A stretch of 64,000 nucleotides of DNA. Origin: Dendrobates tinctorius. Taxonomy: Eukaryota. Positions within the stretch are counted from its first letter, which is position 1; each line of letters opens with the position of its first letter. Positions 24,100 through 35,734 of the stretch are shown here, one piece after another. The stretch covers positions 62,868,001 to 62,932,000 of the forward strand of contig NW_027361671.1 in NCBI RefSeq assembly GCF_039654945.1, read 5' to 3'. The notes beneath the pieces were generated by a model, which saw only the letters and a program-made list of their open reading frames with translations, did no database searches and was not told where the DNA came from. A program made the translations under genes and the position numbers.

Positions 24100-25084
24100 T
24101 CAATACTTGGTCGGGGCTCCTTATGCATCAATTACTGCATCAATGCGGCGTGGCATGGAGGCGATCAGCCTGTAACACTGAGGTGTTATGGAAGCCCAGG
24201 TTGCTTTGATAGCAGCCTTCAGCTCGTCCGCATTGTTGGGTCTGGTGTCTCTTATCTTTCTCTTGACAATACCCAATAGATTCTCTATGGAGTTAAGGTC
24301 AGGTGAGTTTGCTGGCCAATCAATCACAGTGATACTGTTGTTTTTAAACCAGGTATTGGTACTTTTGGCAGTGTGGACAGGTGCCAAGTCCTGCTGAAGA
24401 ATAAAATTTCCATCTCCAAAAAGCTTGTTGGCGGAGAGAAACATGAAGTGTTCTAAAATTTTCTGGTAGATGGCTGCGCTGACTTTGGTCTTGATAAAAC
24501 ACAGTGGGACCTACACCAGCAGATGACATGGCTCCCCAAACCATCACTGATTGTGGAAACTTCACACTAGACCTAAAGCATCTTAGATTGTGTGACTCTC
24601 CACTCTTCCTCCAGACTCTGGGACCTAGATTTAAAAATGAAATGCAAAATGTACTTTCATCTGAAAACAACACCTTAGACGACTGAGCAACAGTCCAGTT
24701 CTTTTTCTCCTTGATCCAGGTAGGTTCTGGTATTGTCTATTGGTCATGAGCGGCTTGACACTTGTAGCCCATGTCCTGGATACTTCTGTGTGTGGTGGCT
24801 CTTGAAGCAATGACTCCAGCAGCAGTCCGCTCCTTGTGAATCTCCCCTAAATATTTGAATGGCCTTTTCTTAACAATCCTTTCAAGGCTGCAGTTATCCC
24901 GATTGCTCGTGCACCTTTTTCGATCACACTTTTTCCTTCCACTCAACTTTCCATTAATATGCTTGGATACAGCACCCTGTCAACAGCCAGTTTCTTTAAC
25001 AATGACCTTTTGTGGCTTATCCTCCTTGTGTCGTGTGTCAATGACTGCCTTTTGGACATTTGTCAAGTCAGCAGTCTTCCCCAT
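24100..25084 (-). pseudogene. Tc1 DD34E transposase pseudogene
   Basis: Fragments MGKTA.., LFSDES, VMVWGAM, QQDLAPVH-(34 aa)-E with WPANSPDLN; frameshifts and stops. Confidence 0.9.
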
Positions 25085-25112
25085 AATTGTGGAGCCTACT
25101 GAAACAGACTAA

Positions 25113-25627
25113 GGCTACTTTCACACATCAGTTTTTTGCCGTCAGGCAGGATCCGGCTTTTTTTAGAAAAAACGGATCCGGCATAAATTTTGGAGAACTG
25201 TAGAAACGGATCCGTTTTTTTGCTGGATCCGTCTCTGTTCCTGGCGGCTGGCCAATTGGATCTGAGCATGCGCAGACTTAAAAAAACCGGATCCGGTTGC
25301 TGGATCTGTCTTTTTCTGGATCCGGCGCATTCCGGCGCCCATAGACTTTCATTGTAGCAAAAAGCTGGAAGCGCCGGATCCGGCGCTTCCGGCTTTTTCG
25401 CCGGAGACAAAAAACGTTACAGTAGACGTTTTTTCAAGACGCCGGAATGAGACAAGTTGCCGGATCCGGCAAAAAACGGATGAAACGCAATGCCATCCGG
25501 CGCGATCTGGCGCTAATGCAAGTCAATGGGGAAAAAACGGATCCGGCATTGCATTTTGCCGGATCCGTTTTTTCCAAAAAAAGCCGGATCGCGCCTGAAG
25601 GCAAAAAACTGATGTGTGAAAGAGGCC
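25113..25627. mobile_element. Harbinger-like MITE inserted upstream of the Tc1 ORF
   Basis: TIR GGCTACTTTCACACATCAGTTTTTTGCC / GGCAAAAAACTGATGTGTGAAAGAGGCC; TAA TSD. Confidence 0.88.
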
Positions 25628-25877
25628 TAAGGGACCTTTTTAAACACTTAAGAATCCTTTCCAGGTGTTTTTATTAATTATTACAATTTACTGAGATAAT
25701 GACTTTTGGGTTTTCATTGACTGTAAGCCATAATCATCAACATTAACAGAAATAAACACTTGAGATAGATCACTCTGTTTGTAATGACTTTATATAATAT
25801 ACGAATTTCAATTTTTGCATTGAAGAACTGAAATAAATTATATTTTTGATGATATTCTAATTTTGTGAGATTTACCT

Positions 25878-28628
25878 TGTAACGTTCCACACTGTCTGTG
25901 GACGGAGATTACTCACTTTGCAGGTCTTGGAGGTAAACACTGGCACACTCAGGGTTAAACCGAGTCCATTCGGTTTATTATTCATCAGTATGCAGCAGCC
26001 ATTACACTGTCTGTTACACATTCAGCTTTACCAAAATGAACATAGTCTCTCACTGACCCCGGTCATCATAACACGGACTCCGTTCCGTTACCTGTTGGCC
26101 ACACAGGTTCTCGGATCCCTCTTGTCCGCAGAGGTCTCCCATTGATAGGCGTCGGATTCCTGTGGCTACACAACAGGAGTCCAGAGCCTCACATACTGCT
26201 TTGCAGCAAGTCACTCCTGAGGCTAAGTCCCGTTGCTGCTCCACTGAGCATGCTCATGAGACGATCTCCCATTGGAGCTCGGGAGTCACGTGCTCAGGTC
26301 CTTCCCCTGATCTGGTTGGTCCATCTCAGAGATCTGGAAGGTCCCGGCAGCACACAGCTATAAAAGGACCGCATGGCTAGTATAGACATTACTTGCTAGA
26401 TGTGTGAATGGTGACGGATGTATGATTCTGGTGACTGACTCATTTGAAACCCCTTCCCTCTGATATTACGCATGTGGATAGGGAATTAGTTCTGCAGTCA
26501 GCACCAGTCAGTGGCAAGCCTTAGGCCACTGTGCACACCGCGCCTCTACACTAGCGTCCGATTGTGCTACTCCTCACAGCACTATCGTCTCGTGGCAGCT
26601 CTCTTTGGCGCCCGCAATAGCGACGCTGCACACACGGTAGGTCCAGACGGACGCAGTTCCTTCTGCCTTTGGTCCTGCACCTGTGACCTGATACCATGTG
26701 TGCATATATCTGAGACATGTGACGCTAACAGGCTCGGCCTTTTTGTGTTTACCCCTACTGGCATCTCTGTGATTAAACAGCGATTGCTCTGTGCACCTGG
26801 GTGACGTTTAACCCCGTGCGCATTGTACCGCCATACAGCACGTCTGCCATTACTCAGCAGCAGTTATAACACCTTCTGCATGGTGGACCCCGAGCGGCGA
26901 ACGCACTTTATTATATATTTTATTTAGTGCGTTCCGCCGTTCCTAACATTATACTAGCGTCAGGGTCTGGCTGGTAATGGCAGAACAGCAGCAATTACTA
27001 CATGACATTCGGCAGCTGGAGGGCCGGTTGGCTACTCTTGAGAGTGCTATCTCTGCTGCGAAGTCCACTGAGGCTGCTGTTCAGGCAATCGCAGAGGCGG
27101 TTTCACGTGTGTCCACGTCCTCCCCTGCGCAGACAGTTTCCTGCCTCCCGCTACCAGATAAATTTTCTGGCGATAGCGCCTCCTGTAGGGGCTTCGTGAG
27201 CCAGTGCTCTATCCAGCTGGAGTTACTGGCTGCGCGATTCCCTACGGAACGGGCTAAGGTGGGGTTTCTTGTTTCCCTTCTGTCGGGCAGGGCGTTGGAG
27301 TGGGTCACACCGCTTTGGGAGCATGGCGACCCAGAGGTTCAGACCGCTGCTCAGTTCTTAACAGCTATCAAGCAGGTCTTCCTGGGACCACGAGTCACGC
27401 ACGACACCTCTCTTCAGCTATTGGCATTAACTCAAGGGTCGCTCTCAGTCAGTATGCCGTACGTTTTCGGACTCTGGCTTCTGAGCTGGAGTGGTCTGAT
27501 AGAGCTCTCATCCCTGTGTTTTGGAGAGGTTTAGCAGAGCATGTTAAGGATGCCCTATCTACCAGAGAGGTTCCTGCAAGTCTGGAAGAGCTGATTGCCA
27601 TCTCCACCCGCATTGATCTTCGTTTTTCGGAGCGCGGGCTGGAGCGTGCTCAATCCAGACAGAAGGTTACTCCGGCTCCAAACCTCTTTGAACCTCTGGA
27701 GTCACCCAAGCCAGAGTGTTCACTTCCAGAGCCCATGGAGGTGTCTCGCGCCAGTCTCAAGGCGCGCCCGGCACTAAGCTCCATTTGCGGTTGCCACTGT
27801 CAACACCCTGTTCCCCACGATAACAGGGCCCCACAGTTGCCAACCTCTGTGCCGCCGGGCAAGACCTTTGTTCCCCCTCGCCTTCGGTCGAAGGTTCTCG
27901 CGTGGGCACATGCGTCCAGGGTGGGTGGACACTGTGGCTACATGCAGACCACAAAACTCCTGGCAAGGTCTTATTGGTGGCCGCACAGGGCTCGGGACAC
28001 TAAAAAATATATTCGGGCATGCGCCTCTTGTGCTCGGAATGCCTCCCCTACACACAGAGTGAAGACGCCTGCCGATAATCTGCGGCATTCCATTCCAACT
28101 TTGGTTTCAGGTCCTTGTGCTGCTCCTGTTGTCTCTCAGGTGTCCCTTCTCAACACCCGTAAATATCTCTCACTGACCCGGGTCAGCGTAACTCACGGTT
28201 TTCAAGACCGTCTACTCCTCTGGCTCAGACTTGCCAGCACTGCTTCCCCAGGCTATGCGACGTCCAGCCATGAAACATGGGAGCCCTGTCCAGGCTGACA
28301 GACTGCCAACACACTCTCTCACATGTGCAACACACCTTTCTTAGATAGCTGTAACCACTCCCAGTTACCTATCACATGGCTAGTCACATGATCATGACCT
28401 CATCACAGGTCCTCAAAATTCACAACCACAAACATACCCGGAGAGAGGTAAATGGGTAGCACAACCCTCCCAACTCTCAGAGCTATCCTTAGCCCGGACC
28501 CAAATGTGAACAAACACTACTTAGAACGTACTTACATTTAAGAAAAAACACTCCGGCTACATCACAGGGAGCTGCCATTCCTGTGATACATACCTCCCAT
28601 TAACTATACGGCCATTAGTATTGCTACA
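25878..28628 (-). mobile_element. Solo LTR inserted in the Tc1 TIR and interrupted by element D
   Basis: TGTAAC...GCTACA termini, 4-bp TSD ACCT; 28370-28420 matches the reverse complement of GGACCTGTGATGAGGTCA..ATGTGAC in the LTRs at 52924 and 60567. Confidence 0.75.
26093..28160 (+). mobile_element. Gypsy element D: 5' LTR, gag and an integrase zinc-finger fragment; 3' truncated
   Basis: LTR 26093-26948 (TGTTGG...CCTAACA, TATAAAA at 26359); gag from ATG 26977 (LPDKFSGD..LSGRALEW) with one frameshift; then HASRVGGH..WWP..CASC. Confidence 0.8.
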
Positions 28629-29771
28629 ACCTGTACATGAAAGCAGAACCAGAACCACCCTCAGTATATTAATACTGCACCAGAAAAACCATAAGTACAT
28701 GAATACATCATCAGAACCACCATTTTTACATGAATGCATCACCAAGCTTAGTTCTGCGACTAGTTGCAATGTCAGGTGAGCTCCCGCCATTTAAATTTGA
28801 ATCACGTGAACTTACAATTCCCAGTGTGTTCTTTACAATGGAAAGGAGATGCTGAAAGTTGTTAACAGCCATCATCTGACTCCTGACCATACAGGAACCA
28901 CAGTACTGACTGGATGTAGTCCATATCACAAATAAAGATTTACCCAGGTAGCTTATAAGTAACATCTTTTCTGATTGGATTCTCATTCTTTTCTTTTCTA
29001 ACTGATCCAGATGCAATGGTGACTTTTAAAACTCACAGCTCGTCACTATAGACTTGGACCTTGTCTGGTCTTCTACAGCAGATCCCAACAAGGTATCCTT
29101 AAAATAGCAGTGTCATTATAATGTCCCCTTTATAAAAAAATATCTGTCTACACTGTGGTCCTGAAAAAATAACTGCCTCGCACTGTGTCTCACACAAAAT
29201 ATGTCTATCTCTTAATGTACATAACCTCCACACTGTCCCCTTCTATAAAATATTGCCTTCATACTGTCTGACTTTATAAACTACAAATACTACTCTGTCT
29301 GTTCTTATGCACGATATCCACCACAGTGTCCACTTTTCTGAGCTACACCTGCAACACTGGCTGCCCTTATGAACTAGAACTGCCACACTGTGAACTGCAG
29401 TTATAACAATCACACTGTTCTCCCTAATGAACAATAATTACTACAATGTTCTTAAAATGAACTATAACTTCCACACTGCCTTTCTTCATAAACTATAAAT
29501 TATATACTGCCCACCCTTATGAACTATTACTGCTACACTGTTCGCCCTTATAAGGAATCTGTCAGCAGGTTTTTACTACGTAATCTGAAGGCTGCATGAG
29601 ATAGGAACTGAGACACTGATTTCAGCAATGTGTCACTTATTAGACTGTCAGCTGTTTTTTTCAATACAATAAATGTTTTATCATCAGATTATCACTGCCC
29701 AGCCTGGTGCCTGCACCATACCTGATCCAACAACGCCCCCCAGAACTGATTAGCAGCTTACTGACAATATA

Positions 29772-30992
29772 CACTCACTGGCCACTTTATTAGGTACACC
29801 ATGCTAGTAACGGGTTGGACCCCCTTTTGCCTTCAGAACTGCCTCAATTCTTCGTGGCAGAGATTCAACAAGGTGCTGGAAGCATTCCTCAGAGATTTTG
29901 GACCATATTGACATGATGGCATCACACAGTTGGCGCAGATTTGTCGGCTGCACATCCCTGATGCGAATCTCCCGTTCCACCACATCCCAAAGATGCTCTA
30001 TTGGATTGAGATCTGGTGACTGAGGAGGCCATTTGAGTACAGTGAACTCATTGTCATGTTCAAGAAACCAATCTGAGATGATTCGAGCTTTATGACATGG
30101 CGCATTATCCTGCTGAAAGTAGCCATCAGATGTTGGGTACATTGTGGTCATAAAGGGATGGACATGGTCAGCAACAATACTCAGGTAGGCTGTGGCGTTG
30201 CAACGATGCTCAATTGGTACCAAGGGGCCCAAAGAGTGCCAAGAAAAAATTCCCCACACCATGACACCACCACCACCAGCCTGAACCGTTGATACAAGGC
30301 AGGATGGATCCATGCTTTCATGTTGTTTACGCCAAATTCTGACCCTACCATCCGAATGTCGCAGCAGAAATCGAGACTCATCAGACCAGGCAACGTTTTT
30401 CCAATCTTCTACTGTCCAATTTCGATGAGCTTGTGCAAATTGTAGCCTCAGTTTCCTGTTCTTAGCTGAGAGGAGTGGTACCCAGTGTGGTCTTCTGCTG
30501 CTGTAGCCCATCTGCCTCAAAGTTCGACGCACTGTGCGTTCAGAGATGCTCTTCTGCCTACCTTGGTTGTAACGGGTGGCAATTTGAGTCACTGTTGCCT
30601 TTCTATCAGCTCGAACCAGTCTGCCCATTCTCCTCTGACATCTGGCATCAACAAGGCATTTCCGGCCACAGAACTGCCGCTCACTGGATTTTTTTTCTTT
30701 TTCGGACCATTCTCTGTAAACCCTAGAGATGGTTGTGCGTGAAAATCCCAGTAGATCAGCAGTTTCTGAAATACTCAGACCAGCCCTTCTGGCACCAACA
30801 ATCATGCCACGTTCAAAGGCACTCAAATCACCTTTCTTCCCCATACTGATGCTCGGTTTGAACTGCAGGAGATTGTCTTGACCATGTCTACGTGCCTAAA
30901 TGCACTGAGTTGCCGCCATGTGATTGGCTGATTAGAAATTAAGTCTTAACACACAGTTGGACAGGTGTACCTAATAAAGTGGCCAGTGAGTG
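29772..30992 (-). mobile_element. Intact Tc1/mariner transposon, DD36E (Incomer-type)
   Basis: Perfect 29-bp TIRs CACTCACTGGCCACTTTATTAGGTACACC; TA on both sides; 1221 bp. Confidence 0.97.
29804..30844 (-). CDS. 346-aa DD36E transposase
   Basis: Uninterrupted ORF with N-terminal HTH, GRK motif, [13 protein letters not shown] and NPIE; 36 residues between the second D and E. Confidence 0.95.
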   Translation of the reverse strand: MGKKGDLSAFERGMIVGARRAGLSISETADLLGFSRTTISRVYREWSEKEKKSSERQFCGRKCLVDARCQRRMGRLVRADRKATVTQIATRYNQGRQKSISERTVRRTLRQMGYSSRRPHWVPLLSAKNRKLRLQFAQAHRNWTVEDWKNVAWSDESRFLLRHSDGRVRIWRKQHESMDPSCLVSTVQAGGGGVMVWGIFSWHSLGPLVPIEHRCNATAYLSIVADHVHPFMTTMYPTSDGYFQQDNAPCHKARIISDWFLEHDNEFTVLKWPPQSPDLNPIEHLWDVVEREIRIRDVQPTNLRQLCDAIMSIWSKISEECFQHLVESLPRRIEAVLKAKGGPTRY

Positions 30993-31091
30993 TATAATGT
31001 ACCCAGATAGCTAATTGCAACACACGCTACACCCAGGTAATATGTGCATATTAAATATTACAGTCTCCTCTCATTACGAATATTGCCATCC

Positions 31092-32673
31092 TGTTACAGC
31101 GCCATCTGCCCCCCGGCCCCGGGATACTTCCCTGACTCCTCGGAGTGCCGCTGACCGGGGTCCTCTGAGGGTTTCTCTTCAGCTTTCGGCTTGGCGAGCG
31201 CGTCGAGGATCCCATCCGCTGTGCACTCACACTCGGCTGCTTAAGCCGCAGCCGCGCGCCTGCTTGAGGAAGCGCCTGATTATTACTTCAGCATCTGTTC
31301 TGGGCGAGTTTATGTTCCAGTGCGAGTGCTCTTCTGATATTCAGGTCCCTGTGTGCTTCCCTATGCGCACCCTACTCTTCTTATCCCAGCGTGCTTCCCT
31401 GTGTACGCTCTGCACTCTCCTGTATTCAGCGTGCTTCCCAGTGTGCGCTCTGCTCTCTCCTGTGTCCAGTGTGCTTCCCTGTGTACGCTCTGCGCTCTTC
31501 TGTATCCAGCGTGCTTCCCTATGTGCGCTCTGCGCTCTCCTGTATCCAGCGTGCTTCCCTGTGTTCGCTATGTGCTCTCCTGTATCCAGTGTGCTTCCGT
31601 GTGCGCTCTGCGCTCTCCTGTATCCAGTGTGCTTACCTGTGTATGCTCTGCACTCTCCTGTATCCAGCATGCTTCCCTATGTGCGCTCTCCTGTATCCAG
31701 CGTGCTTCCCTGTGTTCGCTAAGTGCTCTCCTGTATCCAGTGTGCTTCCGTGTGCGCTCTGCGCTCTCCTGTATCCAGTGTGCTTACCTGTGTATGCTCT
31801 GCGCTCTCCTGTATCCAGCATGCTTCCCTATGTGCGCTCTGCGCTCTCCTGTATCCAGCGTGCATTTCCTTGTGAGCACTCTGCGCTCTCCTGTATCCCG
31901 CGTGCTTCCCAGTGTTCGCTATGCGCTCTCCTGTATCCAGTGTGCTTCCGTGTGCGCTCTGCGCTCTCCTGTATCCAGTGTGCTTACCTGTGTATGCTCT
32001 GCGCTCTCCTGTATCCAGCATGCTTCCCTATGTGCGCTCTGCGCTCTCCTGTATCCAGCGTGCATTTCCTTGTGAGCACTCTGCGCTCTCCTGTATCCCG
32101 CGTGCTTTCCTGTGTTCGCTATGCGCTCTCCTGTATCCAGTGTGCTTCCGTGTGCGCTCTCCTGTATCCAGTGTGCTTACCTGTGTATGCTCTGCGCTCT
32201 CCTGTATCCAGCATGCTTCCCTATGTGCGCTCTGCGCTCTCCTGTATCCAGCGTGCATTTCCTTGTGAGCACTCTGCGCTCTCCTGTATCCCGCGTGCTT
32301 CCCTGTGTTCGCTATGCGCTCTCCTGTATCCAGTGTGCTTCCGTGTGCGCTCTGCGCTCTCCTGTATCCAGTGTGCTTACCTGTGTATGCTCTGCGCTCT
32401 CCTGTATCAAGCATGCTTCCCTATGTGCGCTCTGCTCTCTCCTGTATCCAGCGTGCATTTCCTTGTGAGCACTCTGCTCTCTCCGGAACCCAGTGTGCTC
32501 CAAAGTTTTTCGTAAGTCTCCTTCGAGCCGGCCTCCTGGTACCAGCCGTCACGGTACTTAACCCCCTGGGTCTGCTCCTGATGCTCCCTGTATAGAGGGT
32601 GGCTGCATTAGGTCAGTTCGCTCAGGGAGGGTTGGTATCACGACCCAGTGGGTCCACTCCATGAGTCATAACA
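31092..32673 (+). mobile_element. Solo LTR F containing an expanded minisatellite
   Basis: TGTTAC...CATAACA termini; exact 5-bp TSD CATCC. Confidence 0.85.
31350..32500. repeat. ~40-bp minisatellite with ~200-bp higher-order period
   Basis: Unit ~GTGCTTCCCTGTGTGCGCTCTGCGCTCTCCTGTATCCAGC; variant GCATTTCCTTGTGAGCACT recurs at ~31862, 32062, 32255 and 32455. Confidence 0.9.
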
Positions 32674-33579
32674 CATCCCTTATTGCATAGTGCCCTTTCT
32701 TGTTATGTACAGCACCGTTCCTTACATATTGGATGTGCTTGGTAATTTTGTTACTTATAGCTCAATGTTCTTTATTTCATAGTGTTATCTTTTGTTAGAG
32801 ATAAAATGAAATGAATCTTGATGGAATACGGGAAAGCTTCTTTTCTAATGTAGGAGACTGGTAGACCGGTCTCCTGGTCAGATGCTGCTCCATTAACAGT
32901 CATCAGCTATAACAGTCATCAGCTATAACCACCACACTGTTCTCCCTAATGAACAATAATTACTACAATGTTCTTGACATGAACTATAACTTTCACACTG
33001 CCTTTCCTCATAAATTATAAAATGTACAAGAGAGAACTCTATGTAAGAAAGAGATGGCAGGGTTACTAACAAAATTAACGACAATACGTTATGCAAATAA
33101 TGGTACTGTACATAACAAGAGAGGAAGCTATATAATAAGGGAACACCCCCTAAATAACTAGATACTGTATTGTCACACTGATCATCGCAGCCCTGAAAAT
33201 AACAAGGTCACAAGTATTGTACACATACATTTGTTTCCTGAATAAAAAATCCTCCACTCTGCGCCCCTAAATATAAATATGTTCTACACCATTAATTTAC
33301 CATGCACCATTCAAAATATAAATGGATAAGCCCCTTTAATTATAATTTCCATTGCGTTTTAACTGCACGGATTTGTTGCGGAAAATATGCAGCATTTTAC
33401 AGTACAAGCAAAGTGAATGAGATTTTTGAATTCTCCAGCACACGTTGATTATTTTTTCGTTGGACTAGTTCACATTAAAATCTGAATAATGTCAATTCTT
33501 GCCATGTATTACACCCTTACTAATGAGTGGGGAAAAATATGCAACAAAACCTAGGTCCTATAAATACATGTGTTCTCCT

Positions 33580-34566
33580 CCCACATAATGATGTCTCCCA
33601 TTCTGGGCCCCTTCCAGTAATAATGTCCTGCATCCTGGGCTCCTTCTTTGGATGATGTCTCCTAACCTGGTCTCCTTCTTGGTATCATGTCCCCCATCCA
33701 GTTATGTGCCCCATCCTGGTCTCCTTCCTAGTATAAGGTGCCTCGATCTGAGCCCTTTCATGGCATACTGTAATGTTCCCAATCCTAGTCCTCTTACTGA
33801 TATGTGCCTCATCCTGGTCCCCTTACTCATATAATGTGTCTCATCCTGGGCCCCTATCTGGAATGTCTCCCAACCTGGGTTCCTTCTTAGTATGTCCCCC
33901 ATTCAGTTATGTTAGTTATCCTGGTCCTCTTCCTGGTATAAAGTGAGTCATCTTGTTCCCCTTCATGGGACAATGTTCCCCATCCTGGTCCCCTTCATGG
34001 CATATTGTGCCCAATCCTAGGATGTCTCCCAACTTGGGATCCTTTTTCTAATAATGTTCCCAATCCAGTTGTAATGTCTGCCATCCTGGGCCTCATCCTG
34101 GCCCCATTCATGGTATAATGTGCACCTTCTTCCTGGTATAAGGTTCAGTTATTCTCCAACGCATTCAAAAAAAAAAAAAGATTTTCCTTATCATTCTCTG
34201 CTCCCATAATGCACAGCGTCCTCTTCTATTCCTGGCACCTTAGCTGGCAGCTGACTTCTGAGTCCCCGTCATGGCATATGATGTCACTGCCATGCACCCA
34301 TAGGCACACCGCCATCAGCTGTAGTCTCTGATTGGCCGGTGGTGTGTATTGCAGCGCACAGAGCCAGCAGGTCCCCTGAGCCACAAAACATTTAAGTTGA
34401 ACTGTGCATACAAGGAAGCGCATCCAGCTGAAATAGTCGCAGTTATCGGCAGTCTTCCTCCACCTCTGGGTCCCTGTGTAGCTGCACCGGCAATATGTCC
34501 GCCCTGCTGTCACAATTTGGCATTGTGACTGCAGATCTTTGTCCCACACCTGGACAACCCCTTTAA
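33580..34566. repeat. Degenerate tandem repeats (AATGTCCCCCATCCTGG-like) ending in a T2-like MITE terminus
   Basis: Repeated CATCCTGG motifs at 33590-34140; terminus GGACAACCCCTTTAA. Confidence 0.5.
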
Positions 34567-34809
34567 CCCGTCAACTCTGCAGCCAATTTTTGCTTTTATG
34601 GTTTGCATTTCACTATGGGGTTCTTCCATGAGCCAAAACTTTTTTCATTTTTCTGTTCTCCTAGCTGTATGAGAGCTTGTTTTCTTGTGGGTCGAACTGT
34701 AACTTTAAATGACACAATTCATTTTTCCATACAATGTACTGAAAAATGTGAAAAAAACCCTGAAATACTGACACTAATGCAATTCCTGTTTTTTGTTTTT
34801 GAAGTATTG

Positions 34810-35020
34810 TTTTATTTTACGCTCTTATATAGCACCATTAATTCCACAACACTTTACAGACATTACTGGTACTGTACCCTGTGAGGCTCACAAACTAAAT
34901 TCCCTATCAGTGTGTCCTTAGGAGGAAACTCATGCAAACATGCGGAGGACATACCAGATACATTGCAGATACTGTCCTTGAAGGGATTTGAATCCAGCTC
35001 TCCACTGCTGTAAGGCTACA
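34810..35020 (-). mobile_element. Decayed tRNA-derived V-SINE-like element
   Basis: GGAGGAAAC..CATGCAAACA core and GGGATTTGAATCC (reverse B box); similar to 52405-52580. Confidence 0.5.
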
Positions 35021-35171
35021 CTTCCTAAAATTTTCTTTCTGTGGCCAAGGAAGGATAACATGGTAAATAAGTGGGTAAGGGTGTGGACTAAAAGTTTGTA
35101 GCGGCGCACTATGCATAATTTGTTCTTTTGGATCTTCTGGCCGAGCTCCATGGAAACAAGATACACACTAT

Positions 35172-35367
35172 GGGCAGAGTCAGACAGCCGTAGAACTCGT
35201 ATGAGAATCGCATCACACTGCATGGACTGGCCCGGCACCTCTCCTGACCTGAGCAAGACAGCATGTATTACTATACAGCTGTCAAGGTCAGGTTAGGAGA
35301 GCCGACAGCGAGTATGAGTTTTATGATGCGATTCTCACACGAGAAATATGGCCGTCTGACTCTGCCC
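35172..35367. mobile_element. Short Harbinger-like MITE
   Basis: TIR GGGCAGAGTCAGAC(A/G)GCC; TAT duplicated on both sides. Confidence 0.8.
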
Positions 35368-35734
35368 TATGTAAGATAAAAGCTCTCATAGCTGAATTAT
35401 TGACAGAAAAAGTCAATTGAGAATGTACTTCTTTTCATGCAGTCTAAGTAAACCTACAGGATGTAACAGCTTGAGAATTCCCGTATTTCTACAGGACAGG
35501 CAGTATATGAGGGCATTTTTCTGCAGAGAAATGATTGTGCTCTAATGTCTCGCCTGCACCATCTTATTGTCTCAGCGTTCTCTGATCTTTCTCTCGGTCT
35601 TGTTAGTAGTTTTGGAAAATTTATGTCCATGAATGATAGCAAATAACTGAGGTGACCATGGATAATAGCAGCTCTGTAACACATGCTGGACAAGAAGTAT
35701 CCAAAATGACTTGTCTGGCACGTTATCATCCACA

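Larger units (their letters stand above)
23826..28633 (-). mobile_element. Decayed Tc1 (DD34E) transposon with ~200-bp TIRs, carrying nested insertions
   Basis: TA|CAGGTG start; TIR ~23826-24020 mirrored at ~25690-25877; terminal ACCTG|TA displaced to 28629-28635 by an LTR insertion. Confidence 0.88.

Noticed and set aside
26977-27534. Domesticated Gag gene (PEG10/RTL/LDOC1-like)
   Set aside because: It lies directly behind an LTR and primer site and is frameshifted; it is a retrotransposon remnant.
28726-29100. Minus-strand exons (donor-like sites near 28815 and 29036)
   Set aside because: Weak acceptors and no recognisable protein; a non-coding transcript cannot be excluded without RNA data.
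31015-32595. Cys-rich ORFs of 240-374 aa
   Set aside because: Translations of the 40-bp minisatellite in LTR F, open in several frames at once.
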